Numbered from the whole stretch's first letter, positions 23,401 to 35,043 are shown. The stretch: 63,021 bases of DNA, filler included, from Stramenopiles sp. TOSAG23-6 (GCA_900128565.1; 11 parts of 11 records of this genome joined end to end with filler, not necessarily neighbours in it), one strand, 5' to 3'. Notes: generated by a model not told the origin, from the sequence alone. Program-made: numbers and translations.

Positions 23401-25608
23401 TAAATTTGAAATTCATGATGAAAACGTATATATAAGACCTGTACTAAAATCAGTACCTTTCTGTCTGACAAGTAATGTATCTATAGTGCACTGGTTTCTC
23501 ACACGACATCGAATACTACTCAAATTCTCCAAAGGTCGAAGTATAACAAATATTATACCAGAATGTGAAACAATGTTGATATCAATATATTGAGTCTCAA
23601 AAGATAGATCACCACCACCACTGTTATTTTTACCACTCAATGTGGATATAATACTAGTTTCATTCATATGACGTCGAAGACCAAGTATAGTACTTCCTAA
23701 TTTAGTAACATTAAATCTACTTGACCAGGTCCAGTTTATATCGTTCGCGTGAGATTTATCTGTTACAAATCGAGTCTGCAAAAATCCAACATCTTTTGTG
23801 AAATCACTCCAATGCCATGATGCGAGGTCTCCTGCTTGCAATCGTATGATACTACCTTTTAGGATAGTACTGACATTACCATCTATATGACTTTGTCCAA
23901 ATTCCATTTCAAAGTTTGTAAAGTTTTTGATGCGTAATTGAGGGAAAAAATGGATCTCTCGGGATCGAAAGAAAATACCTGGAGCATCGCGTAGAAGAAC
24001 ACCAATTTGAAACTGACTTCGACAATCACCTTCCGCTTGAACTTCTAAAAGTTCTGGTAATCCAACTTTTTGAAGATCAAATTGTGTGGACCATTTACTT
24101 TCAAGTGACATGAATCTACGATTTGCACTCAAACGTCGAATCAAAGCAAATTGCGTTGTATATCGAATGGCAAGGAGCCAGTCGATTAGTTGTTTTTCAG
24201 TACTGAATTTTAGTAGAGCATTCTTTTGATGTATTGATTTCGTTGTACTAGAACATTCAATACTTAAAATGAATGACTGGGACATTTTTACAACTTTACT
24301 TTTAGTTGGAATGTATTTTGGAAAAATATTTCAAAAACAAAACTTAAATTTGTTAGGTACAAAATTTCGTACGAAAACAAATTGGAATTTGAAAAAAAAT
24401 AAAACATACATACACCGAGAAGGACACGACACAGAATTAGATGTAATTTCTGTGGTATTGTTTACTTGTGAGAATCCATGAGATCTCAGACGAGACACTT
24501 TAGTATCCACAGTCAATGAAATATTTCCAATACACTCATTTGAGCCATAAGGTTTTTGTTTTAAACCATGCAATATAGGTAATATAGCTTCAATACACTC
24601 ACCTGAATCATCAAAGACTTTTGAGTTTGGTGGTGTAGGTAATGAATCTATGATACCCATTTTATGCTCTTCTTTACAAGGAGTCATATTCAATTCACTT
24701 TGTTTTACATTTTTAGTTAATTTTGTAGAAATGTTTTGGTCGACACTAAAATATTGAAATAAAGGGACTTGACTACAAGCCCAAGAAATATTCCCTCTAC
24801 GCCCGCCCATGTATTTTGGAAAAATATTTCAAAAAAAATCTAAAACAATTGTCAGGAACAAAATTTCGTACGAAAAAAAAGAACGAATTTGAAAAAAAAT
24901 TAAACATACATACTAATCTTACCAAATACTTTTTGATATTTTTTACCGTCAACACTGATTTCAAATGAATCATCTAAATTGTATAAGCTTGGTAATCCAC
25001 TTACAGTATTACCAATAGTATTAATATCAAACATTTGCTCTATATCTCGTGTATATTTTGGTATTGTTGATGTATCTCGGATACAGATCGTCATGTACTG
25101 TAAAAAAATATAAGTTCCGTTTAATTCTTTTGTAAGGTAAAACGAATAGAATAAAAACTCAAAAACAAAATATTCTCTTAGGTACAAAATTTCGTACGAA
25201 AAAAATAAATTAAAAAAAATTCGAAAACGTACACGTGTCGTCCACCATCAATAATGGACTGATATTCACCAATAAGAGGCAGCTCTGTCCAGACTGGAGT
25301 AGATAGATAACTTTCCCCGTTTGAATAAACATCAGTCTTGTTTTGTGCCAACATGATCGGAACATTTCGTATTGATAAATCAATTGAGTTTACATCAATT
25401 ATAACATGACGACATGAAATATCAGTTCTATACGATTTTTCATCTATATCTTGTGGTATTTTTTCAGTTTCATACACAATTTTTGATGCTATCGAAGAGT
25501 TACCCCATATACCACAACCAGGTGTTACAATAAATTGCACAGAACTGTTTGGTTGAATCGTTGAAGGTGGTCCTTGATTGTTTAGCTTATCTTCATCTTT
25601 GAAAAGAA
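20465..25608 (-). CDS. VPS13: VPS13-family protein, partial, 7 exons
   Basis: SHR-BD/VAB-like motifs (QIGV....APGIF.RS.EIHFFPQLRIKNFT, WSSRF, RVRNQC...L.VRQKG...LPP..S.VFTW) plus PH-like and PDZ-like segments; exons join in frame. Confidence 0.75.
22004..22106 (-). mobile_element. Introner-like intron GT-AT
   Basis: Frame restored QDNVMLGSCIVSL. Confidence 0.85.
22742..22845 (-). mobile_element. Diverged introner-like intron AT-AG
   Basis: ATATGTTTCC...CATACCTAAC...CTCACTGC-AG; frame CIQEYGEFDD. Confidence 0.75.
23268..23429 (-). mobile_element. Introner-like intron AT-AT with duplicated 5' half
   Basis: ATACGTTTTCATCATG occurs twice; frame GLILPPLTSSVFTW. Confidence 0.8.
24311..24409 (-). 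mobile_element. Introner-like intron GT-AT
   Basis: Frame SRCIPTKSK. Confidence 0.85.
24809..24909 (-). mobile_element. Introner-like intron GT-AT
   Basis: Frame GKISMGGRRG. Confidence 0.85.
25093..25232 (-). mobile_element. Introner-like intron GT-AT, extended
   Basis: Frame DGGRHVTICIRD. Confidence 0.8.
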
Positions 25609-25660
25609 ACGTATTGTGAAAAATATGTTTTTAGTTTAAAACTTATTAGGTACAAAAAAA
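25609..25660 (-). mobile_element. 3' half of introner-like intron (ends GT)
   Basis: GTACCTAAT...CACAATAC-GT. Confidence 0.7.
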
Positions 25661-27070
25661 TGTCGCACAGATCTACAAATAGGCTATTTACACGTAATGG
25701 GAGGATCATCATCAATCATTACATCTGAAGTCAGGAATGTAGATAAATTCACTGAAATAAATGAAAAAGAGTCATTGTTTAATGTAGAATATGTCAATAC
25801 TATCAAAGTTGAAGACGAATGTCTTCTATTTTGGAAATTAAAAAATGAAATGCCTAAAAAAAGTAAACAACGAAATCATCGAAATCGTGAGGAGAAAAAA
25901 GAAATTGTGGATAACGATAATTGGTATAAAGAAGTATTGGAATGTACAGTTTTACGTCACTTGAAGGAAAATTTATTTATGTGTCGTTTAGCAGCACAAC
26001 TTTTAATACTTGAAAATTCTTTGTTCATTGCTACTGAAAATAGAATGAGACTTCATACTGTTTTTAACATACCTTTGTTGAATCCTTTATTACAACCAAC
26101 ACATAAGAGTAAACAACAAAATGTTGAAACAAAAGAAAGTTTTGCTGTAAAAGAGGATATTAAGACTATTGAACCTATATTTGACATGCAACAGGTTTGT
26201 GTTAATTTTCAAATAGCTCATATTTGTGCAAAGAACAAAATAAGTAATAATGTATATGCTGTAGCAACGTTATGTGACGACGAAACATTTCGATGTACTG
26301 CACCAGCACGCTCAAAGTGTAAAAAAATGACCACAACAAATACAACGAATGATTCTATTAGCGAGGAAACAAAAAAAATTGTTCGCTTTGAAACTGATTT
26401 GTTTAGTCTTAACTTATTAGGTCTCGTCGTTCATGATAAAGGTCTTCTGGTGACTAGTGTAACAAAAGACTCTGAAGCAGATGACGTCATATTACCAGGT
26501 AGTATCATTACACACTGTGCAGCGAATGTGTTGAACACTACGATAGTACGAGAAGAAAAATCATTATATCAAGCAAATAACAAAATTAAATCGCGCGGTG
26601 ATTGGATTTCGGTTAAAAACTTGCCAATAACAGTTGCCAAAGAGACTATTGTTGAATGTGGATTTCCTTTATGGATACGTGTAATTGAATTCTCTATACC
26701 GGAGCATTTTGTCCAATGGAATGAAAGTGTAATGATAAAACCGTTTCCAGAAGCACGAAATGATGGTGAAAATTCTGTGCCATATAAATTAAAAATTTCA
26801 TTGTATGCTCGAAATCCTTCTGGACAAGCCCTCATTGAGTGTAAAAATCAAAGAGATATTGATACTGTAAATCAACTTGCGTTCTTGTATGGTGATAATG
26901 AAATACTGCAAGAGATTCAACGAAGTGGTTCACTTCGAGAACCAATTTCAGACAAAGATATAATTTTGGGTCAGACTCAATTATTGATACCAACGTATCT
27001 TTTTTTTTTTTCAAATTCGAATTTATTTTTCATACGAAATTTTGTACCTAACGAATTTTTTTTTGAAATA
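25654..27070 (+). repeat. Inverted duplicate of ~20389-21805 (probable chimera)
   Basis: ORF 25697-27118 is identical to part of ORF 20341-22005 on the other strand. Confidence 0.9.
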
Positions 27071-27485
27071 NNNNNNNNNNNNNNNNNNNNNNNNNNNNNN
27101 NNNNNNNNNNNNNNTTAATTAATTAANNNNNNNNNNNNNNNNNNNNNNNNNNNNNNNNNNNNNNNNNNNNTTTTATCTTTTTTCAATTCCGATTTTTTTT
27201 TTTAGTACGAAATTTTGTACCTAACCAACCTAAATAGAATTTGACATTTTTGTTCACAAAACATTGGCTCTTCCAATTTCTTCCTTTCCTAATATGTATA
27301 CTTGTTTTGTCAAGGACGATTTTCAAAAGCCTTATTTACACACAAGAGATTTCATACTTATAGGATTTCCTATAAGTATATTAAGTGTACTTTTTTTGAG
27401 TACTATAGGAACATATTTAATAAGTTCGATTATATAATTTTATTTTTTCAAAATAAACAAATGCTTTTTTTGCTTTTTTTGCTTT

Positions 27486-27791
27486 TTAACGGGTCATTTG
27501 AACAGTTTGTACCTGGTTTGCAATTCTGTTATATCCAATCCCGCATTTTCCATCAATTGTATTTTCGTTTGGAGTAAACCAACCTTCATTATCACAATCA
27601 GTGTAACACTTCCCACAACAAGGCATCATGAACTGGCAACCCCATGGGACCGTACAGTTCCCACAATATCTCAAAACGCAGATACCTCCGCAGCAAGCTG
27701 GTGAGATCTTAAGTGTGACACACTGTGGACTACAAATGCATCCATTTCCCTGAAAGGTACCTTGGAGTTGTTCAGGTGGTACAAGTGGCAT
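27486..27791 (-). CDS. Small cysteine-rich protein
   Basis: 101-aa ATG-stop ORF with many Cys. Confidence 0.6.
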   Translation of the reverse strand: MPLVPPEQLQGTFQGNGCICSPQCVTLKISPACCGGICVLRYCGNCTVPWGCQFMMPCCGKCYTDCDNEGWFTPNENTIDGKCGIGYNRIANQVQTVQMTR

Positions 27792-28022
27792 TGTGTAAGG
27801 AGCAGATGAAAAGAATTCTACAAACTTTTTTTTGTTGAGCTAGGAGTAACGGACACGGACGGCAATTGTTCCAAGTTGGACCCATCAACCGACGACTGAC
27901 CCTAACCCTAGATATTTATAGGACTCAAGGAAAATAAATGAAACTGACAATATTGAATATATTCTTTTAAATTTTTTACTACGTAAGTATATCACTTCTT
28001 TACTTCACAGTAACAGGAAACA

Positions 28023-28502
28023 ATGAAGCTTGATGATTTAGAAAGTCGCATAGCACAAGCCAGAGCCACGGGATTTCTGCATTTGTCTTCATGCAATTTA
28101 AAAACAATTCCTCAGGTTGTCTTACAACTTGGGGATAGTCTCGTGAGATTAGATTTATCGTGTAACCACATTCAAACTCTACCTCCTGAAATTTCACTCT
28201 TTACTCGCCTTGAACAACTGTGGTTGTTTAACAATCCAATACGAGAAATTCCACCCGAAATAGAGTGTGTAAAGCGTCTTAAAGTTCTCGATGTCCGTGA
28301 CACAAATATCACAAATCTTCCAAGAGAGTTGAGTCGATTGAATTATCTTGTTGAAGTGGATACTAGGGGAACTCAATTGAAACAAAATCTCACACAAGCT
28401 TTAAGTGGCGGGACTCAGGCTCTGATGGATATTCTTTCAAAGAAAGATGTAAAAAAACAATTAAAGATGAAATTGACAGCTGCACTCTCCGATGGTTTGT
28501 AT
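28023..28502 (+). CDS. Leucine-rich repeat protein, first exon
   Basis: LxxLxLxxNxIxxLPPEI repeats. Confidence 0.85.
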
Positions 28503-28615
28503 GTATGTTTTATTTTTTTTTTAACAAAAAAATCGAATTTATTTTTTTTTTCGTACGAAATTTTGTACCTAACATTTTTTTTTAGATTTTTTTGAACTAT
28601 TTTTCCAAAATACAT
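28503..28615 (+). mobile_element. Introner-like intron GT-AT
   Basis: Full family consensus. Confidence 0.8.
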
Positions 28616-29044
28616 GAAGGCGAAACACCAAAAAAAAAACCTATCACTCAATGGTCAAAAAAAAAGGTTCGCGGTTTCATTGGTTTTATTGAAGGTGGGG
28701 TATTTTTTATTTGTGAACACTTATCACTTCATTAATGTAACATTTTATGGTTTCAATTTTTTTTCTATTTTTTTTTCGTAGGGAATTTCGTACCTAACAA
28801 ATTTTACAAAAAAAAAATTCACACAGTACAACGTTTTAAAAAATATCAGGATGCATTTTCTCAAATTACCGGCAAGGCTTTAGTTAACATGTGGAGTGGG
28901 GACTTCGCTAAAAAGTGTGGAGGAAACACTGCGGATGCGACGGTAATCTACGATGCAGTTTCAAAGAAAAAAATGGAAGCAAAGAAGATGACAGCTGCTG
29001 CGAGACGAAAATCGGTGAAGACGCCTCCAGGAGCTCCGCCCTGA
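28616..29044 (+). CDS. SAM-like domain C-terminal exons (28616-28699, 28832-29044)
   Basis: Spliced product PITQWSKKKVRGFIGFIEGGRFKKYQDAFSQITGKALV; not in the ORF track. Confidence 0.6.
28700..28831 (+). mobile_element. Introner-like intron GT-AA
   Basis: GTATTTTT...CGTACCTAAC...CACAGTAC-AA; frame restored. Confidence 0.7.
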
Positions 29045-29200
29045 GTACTCAAAAGTATTTTTTATTATACAGCTCATCATAATATAATTTATGGATTTCA
29101 TGTCTACTTAAAGATTAAAATAAAAATATCCGAATTAATCAACTTTTGAAAATACAAATACAATTTGTTTAAAAAAGGCTATCTAATTGTTTGAACAATT

Positions 29201-29731
29201 TTATCTACACCCTTTATTTAAGGACAAATCAGCCATTTTCATATTATTTTCACTTTCTTCATCATCACTACTGCTCCAATCACTCTCCAGATTAGAGTCA
29301 CTACAACTATTCAATACGAGATTCTGCAACAGAGTATCATTTGCAAGGACTGGGCATAGTAAAGAATCATCCGTTTTCCAGAAAGAGACGTTTTTTTGGG
29401 AAATGTCGCTGATAATTTCAGACACAGGAGCTCCAACAGCTACGCGAGAGCGCACAAAATTCACCATGCGGACACGGCCATAAAAGTCTAATTTAAGCGT
29501 AGATTGTAAGGCATGAAAATCGAAACCATGTTTCTCTTTACAGTGATTCCAAAGATCATTTACTGTTTTGAAAGTTTCAGTAGAGAAAAGATCAGTCACT
29601 GCAGAGAGTTCCGTCCCAGCCATTTGAGCCCACTCGTCATCGTCACAGTTTTCTGCCATTCCCACAGGTCCATGGGCAAAACTATCAGACTTTACATTTT
29701 CTATTTCAGATTTCGAAAGATTCAATGCCAT
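29201..29731 (-). CDS. PRMT3-like N-terminal zinc-finger region (no methyltransferase domain seen)
   Basis: DLFS...F......HCKEKHGFDF......LDFYGRVRMVNFVRS. Confidence 0.7.
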   Translation of the reverse strand: MALNLSKSEIENVKSDSFAHGPVGMAENCDDDEWAQMAGTELSAVTDLFSTETFKTVNDLWNHCKEKHGFDFHALQSTLKLDFYGRVRMVNFVRSRVAVGAPVSEIISDISQKNVSFWKTDDSLLCPVLANDTLLQNLVLNSCSDSNLESDWSSSDDEESENNMKMADLSLNKGCR

Positions 29732-29963
29732 TTTAGGCTATCGAAATCTACTAATGTACCTTTTGCAAATAGCACAACTGTAGAGCTATTTTTTCTACCT
29801 TATAGGCTATAGTAGCTAGTTGGACTATGACATTGGCATGACAGACATAAATTTGCACTGACTCTTTAGAATGTTACAATTTGACACTTTTCACCTCGAC
29901 GACTATCTCTTCGACAAGCACTTTCGACAAAGAAACAGACTTATTACAATAGACTATTGAGGA

Positions 29964-30632
29964 ATGACTTCTACACCTCCTATACCACCACCAAAGGACA
30001 TTAAAATAACGTATTTTGATATTCAAGGTGCTGCTGAAGCTTCACGATTGTCTCTGGTAATCGCAAAGATTCCTTTCACCGACGAAAGAGTTAATCGCGA
30101 AGGAATGAACGCTCTGAAAGATGCAGGAAAACTACCTTGTGGTCAACTCCCAATCATGGAAGTTGATGGGAAGTCTATGTGCCAATCAGAGGCAATGGCA
30201 AGGTACTTGGGAAAGCTTTGTAACACATATCCCAATGATCCGTGGATGGCTGCAAAGGTTGATGAAATTACACAATTTATCAACCAAGATATACGCGAGC
30301 GTTGTATCTACCCAAGCTTTCGTGAAAAAGATTCCGTGAAAAAAGCAGATATGCGAAAGGTTTTGGCCGAGGAAACACTTCCAGCGAAGTTTAAAGTACT
30401 CGAATCATATTTATCTTCATCCGGTTTTTTTGTGGGTGAAAGTGTAACGCTAGCTGATTTAAATGCATATGTCTTATTTAATTGGATTGGAATGGAGGTG
30501 CTCGATGGTATTCCAAAGGAAGTTGTGCTAAATTTTCCTTCTCTTCAAAATTTATGTAGAAAAATTAACGAAATTCCTGAGGTGTCCGAGTGGAACGCTT
30601 CTAAAAACGGTGGGAAGATTCCTTGGTTTTAG
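29964..30632 (+). CDS. Glutathione S-transferase, sigma-like
   Basis: TYFDIQGAAEASRL, PCGQLP, CQSEAMARY. Confidence 0.92.
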   Translation: MTSTPPIPPPKDIKITYFDIQGAAEASRLSLVIAKIPFTDERVNREGMNALKDAGKLPCGQLPIMEVDGKSMCQSEAMARYLGKLCNTYPNDPWMAAKVDEITQFINQDIRERCIYPSFREKDSVKKADMRKVLAEETLPAKFKVLESYLSSSGFFVGESVTLADLNAYVLFNWIGMEVLDGIPKEVVLNFPSLQNLCRKINEIPEVSEWNASKNGGKIPWF

Positions 30633-30945
30633 GAAAGCTTTGAAAATAAATAATTTAAAAAAAAAAAAAAATTTAAATTTTGACTTCTAAATCTTGCGTT
30701 ATGGTGTTGTTAGGGTTCGGGTTATTAGATTAGGGTTAGGGTTAGAGGCCATCAAAATTGATTGATGCCTATTTTGTCATCATCACATGAATCTCATCAG
30801 ATCAGACATAAAAATGAAACACAGTTATTAATAATAATATTATTTTATATACTAATGTCAAAATGTTTCCATTCAAGTAAAATAGCAGCTTGTTAATGCT
30901 AATACAAAATCGCCAATATAGTATTTGTAGTTGAGTCAGTCAAAT

Positions 30946-32288
30946 ATGCATCGCTTCAAAATATTTGCGACGACAACCGTGTTTGGATTTGGTTGTGGAT
31001 TTGTGTTCTTTAACGGCAAAAGCTTAATAAGAACAAAAAAGCTAGAAGCAGCTTCTTCTTCAAGTATTATAACTAGTGATGATCTAGTGCTTTACTGTGA
31101 TCGTAGTATGGTTGCTGCCAATAATCCATGCGAAGATTTCTCTGATATACGTGTTTCAAAAGCAGAGGATTGTCATATGGATCAGCTTGGAAATCGTGTT
31201 TGCAGCAAGACCACTACTACAGCTAAAAATGATGACCCCAGCACTTATGATAATGACACAGTATTGCTTGCTGGTGTATTCGATGGCCATGGAGGATCCA
31301 GGGCAAGTGAATTTGTCAAAACAAATCTTTTTAATAGTATAGAAAAACAAATAGTTAAAGACCACCAAAAAACACGAAAAAAACACAAAAAACACCTCTC
31401 ACTTGGTGAGGTTCTAGGTTTTACAATGCGAAATGTTGATGAAGCTTTCAAAGCTTCCGTATTGGAAGAATTCCTGGACGGTAATTGGAAATTAGCGAAT
31501 GTGGGAACTTGTGCAATTATTTCTGCAATTACCAAAAGTAATATCTATATAGCTAATTGTGGTGACTGTAGAGCGGTACTTGCAATACGAAAAAAAGACT
31601 CTCTAGTACCCATTCAATTGTCGAATGATCACAACGCGAGGGAAGTGAGTGAGCAGAAGCTACTGCAAAGTGCGCACTCGGACGAGCATAACGTCGTCGT
31701 GCAGTTTGGAGAAAATCCATACTATGTCAAAGGTGTTTTGCAGTGCACTCGAAGTATCGGAGATTATTATTTGAAAGATTCGACATTCAACAAACATCCG
31801 ATGCCAAATATTTTTGTAGTCCCAGAACCTTATCACCCTCCATATGTAACTTCAAATCCTGAAGTTTCAACTATACCTCGCGATAATAACCAGGCATTTT
31901 TAGTCCTTGCTTCAGATGGCTTATACGACGAACTTTCAAATTCGGAGGTTATAAAGATTGTTGAAAACTGGTTGCATTTGCCAGTGGAAGAAAAATCTAA
32001 AATTTCTAGCAGCCAAATGCTGATTGATGCTGCACTAAAAAATGCTTCAAAAGAAACTGAAGTCCCTTTAGAAATTATTAAGTCCATGCCATGTATGTTT
32101 TATTTTATTTTTTTGTATGAATTTATTTTTTATAAAAATTTTGTACTTAACAAATTTTAGTTTTTTTTTTTGAAATATTTTTCCAAAATACATGTGGTCA
32201 TCTACGCAGAGAACTTCACGATGACATTACTGTAATTGTAATACATTTTGAAAATTTCTCTAAAGATTGGAAAAAGGAAATTCGTTAG
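30946..32288 (+). CDS. PP2C protein phosphatase (exons 30946-32092, 32194-32288)
   Basis: GVFDGHGG, ANCGDCRA, LASDGLYD; spliced exon gives RRELHDDITVIVI. Confidence 0.93.
32093..32193 (+). mobile_element. Introner-like intron GT-AT
   Basis: Removal joins SMPCGHLRRELHDDITV; CATGT repeated at both ends. Confidence 0.9.
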
Positions 32289-32552
32289 GTACAAAATTTT
32301 GTACGCAAAAAAAAATAAATTTGAAATGAATGATGAAAACAAAGAGTAACGCAAGATGAATCTCAGATCTAGATCAGCAGTAAACATTATTATATAATCA
32401 TAAAGTGTGTTGTTTTCTTCATTAATTTCAAATTTAAACATTTTTTCATACAAAAATGTGTACCTAAAACAAAAATATATATTTCTTATTTAGTTCAATT
32501 TATTAATACGATATAATCCTATTATTCACCTATCAGTAAAATCACTTGAAAT

Positions 32553-33834
32553 TTACTTATCAGCAAAACCAAGTTTATCAGTCGCTTGCATGCAGATGAC
32601 CATTTCTAAACAGTATTTCAATTCTTCTCTTTCAGTATACAATGGCAGCTCAACACTATTGAAGCAGGTATGTGCACGAGGATACATACACATTTCCCGT
32701 CGGACGGGCATTATCTTGAAAGGTTTGATAATTCCACCATCTGATTGCAGAAATTGAAAGCCTTGGATGGGCACACGAGCAGTGCCTGTTACAAATTGTA
32801 ATAATCGGGCTCTTTGTTCATGCGAAAATTCCTCAACACATTCCCAAAACCAACGGATAACTTGATGATTGGGATTATAGATACTACAATACACTGTATT
32901 TGATTTCCAGTCTCTAACATCAATCTCCGGAATTCCGCTAATGATCAATTCTAATTCTTGGTAATCAAAAACAGACACAATATGAAGAGGTAAAACGGAA
33001 TAAAACCCCTTCAAAACTTCTGTCAGTTGAGTCTTCACCGCATCATGTACAATATATTTCACATTAAGAGTAATAAATTCATCTCTATTGTCAGCGGTTA
33101 CTTCTTCTTCAAAACCATTTCGTTTTAATGGTATGCATTTGACACTTCCAAACGCATCTTTCGAAGTAATTGAAAAGTCAAGCATCAGATCTTCCACATC
33201 TTCAGGATCCATATCACGGATTTCACAAAGAGAGCGATACATATCCTTATCACAAAATTCTACATCAGATAAAGACAAAGGTAATGCAAGTAAATGCTTG
33301 TACAATGGACGACTTAAATGAGCTGGCATATTTTGTTCCCATAGCAACACTCTGGCTAGGACTGCACCAAAAAATCGAAAAAATTCGAGATGAGCAGGTT
33401 GTACTTCACCTGAGTGTGAACTTAATCTATAAGATGCATCGTCTACCTCAGAATGTACAAAAAGTCCATAATCAGGACGAAATAATTCATGTGCCATTAA
33501 TTCAATCCAATCCTTTGTTACACCACCTTGATCTAGACCTTCTTCACCATCGAACATATATTTTGGAAAAATATTTCAAAAAAAAAAAAAGTTTTTGTTA
33601 GGTACAAAATTTTTATAAAAACCAAAAAAAAAAAAAAAATGGATTTTTTTTTTAAAAAAAAAAAAAATCGATTTTTTTGTTAAAAAAAAAATAAAACATA
33701 CATGATTTTCCACTTCGAGCGCATCTTCACAGAATCATCTTTAAATAAATTATATGAATCAGAGGAGGACTGTAAAACATTAGACCTTTTACATGGAAAA
33801 TCTACTCGAAGTTCCTCTGCTCCACTCTCAACAC
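32553..33834 (-). CDS. HECT E3 ubiquitin ligase, C-terminal part
   Basis: F.GEEGLD.GGV.KDW, LLQFVTGT, PRAHTCFN. Confidence 0.95.
33556..33701 (-). mobile_element. Introner-like intron GT-AT
   Basis: Frame KWKIMFDGEEG. Confidence 0.9.
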
Positions 33835-33934
33835 NNNNNNNNNNNNNNNNNNNNNNNNNNNNNNNNNNNNNNNNNNNNTTAATTAATTAANNNNNNNNNN
33901 NNNNNNNNNNNNNNNNNNNNNNNNNNNNNNNNNN

Positions 33935-33994
33935 ACGAAATTTTGTACCTAACAAATTTTAGTTTTTTTTTTTGAAATATTTTTCCAAATACAT
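33935..33994 (+). mobile_element. 3' half of introner-like intron (AT)
   Basis: Family 3' consensus at the contig start. Confidence 0.75.
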
Positions 33995-34141
33995 ACTAGA
34001 CAAGGTGAAGGTCTTAAACTTGGAGGTTTGTGGGTGATTTCAGGTGACAATAGTAAAGGAATTATCTTCGAGCATAAGGAAAAGTCTTGGGGTGACGTTG
34101 CTTCTGTCGAAGAAGTGAAAGATGCAGTTTTGAAGATGTAA
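33995..34141 (+). CDS. Peroxiredoxin-like 2A (FAM213A) family, last exon
   Basis: GEGLKLGGLWVISGDNSKGIIFEHKEKSWGD. Confidence 0.75.
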   Translation, partial: TRQGEGLKLGGLWVISGDNSKGIIFEHKEKSWGDVASVEEVKDAVLKM

Positions 34142-35043
34142 GATGGAATAATTTTAAAAAAAAAAAAATTTCCGAAAATACATATTATTGTTTATATAAA
34201 GATGCAGTTTTGAAGATGTAAAAAAAAAAATAAAAAAAAAAAAAAAAAAAAATATTTTCCGAAAATACATATTATTGTTTATATAAAGATGCAGTTTTGA
34301 AGATGTAAGATGGAATGTTTTGAGATTGATATTTGAGTGCTAAATAGTTCTGTACCAATACCTACTACCACGAACTTTTGAATTTGATACATTTTATTGA
34401 TGTCACTGTTGTAGAAACTTTTATATAGAAGGGGAATAGTGATTGAAAAAATTATGGAATAGAAAGAAACAAGAAAATGGGTTAGGGTTAGGGTTAGCGG
34501 AAATGGTACCAAATATCACAATGCGCACAACACTAACTAGAATCTATTCGACAATTAATTCACCTGGATGAATTTTTTGTTTGTTGTTGTTGTACAAATA
34601 AGAAAGAAATATTTGATAATTACTTTTATATTTAATTAAGTCAATGTGTACTCTTAAAAACCCGTAGGAAAGGATAATAGTTTTATAAATTGATGACCAT
34701 CAAACTATTTTTTCCATTGAGTACACCAATTTTAATATAAATTCAATATCTTTTTATATATGGCAACACTGCAGCAATGAAATTTCTTCATTGGTTCATT
34801 ACTTCCGTATTCATATCTATTTTTTTTTATTTTTCCTAATTTTTAAAACTAAATATCGGAAATTTTGGCCCGCGATTTCGATTTTCGATTTATTTGGGAT
34901 ATTTCGATTTCGAGAATAAATTTTGGGCACGCGAAAAAGTGCGCAAGTTTGGAAACTAAACGAAACTAAACACGGTATTAGGACACTCTATCTATTAATA
35001 GCTAGCTTAGGAGGAAACACCAACTTTATCTATAGCAAATAGT

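Noticed and set aside
25654-27070. Large inverted repeat in VPS13
   Set aside because: Identical copy joined at microhomology inside an element; typical amplification or assembly chimera
32150-32160. Internal AG after the branch motif as the true acceptor
   Set aside because: Absent from many copies (33556, 48340, 53457) and out of frame in 24311-24409; here it would insert FFFFEIFFQNT into PP2C
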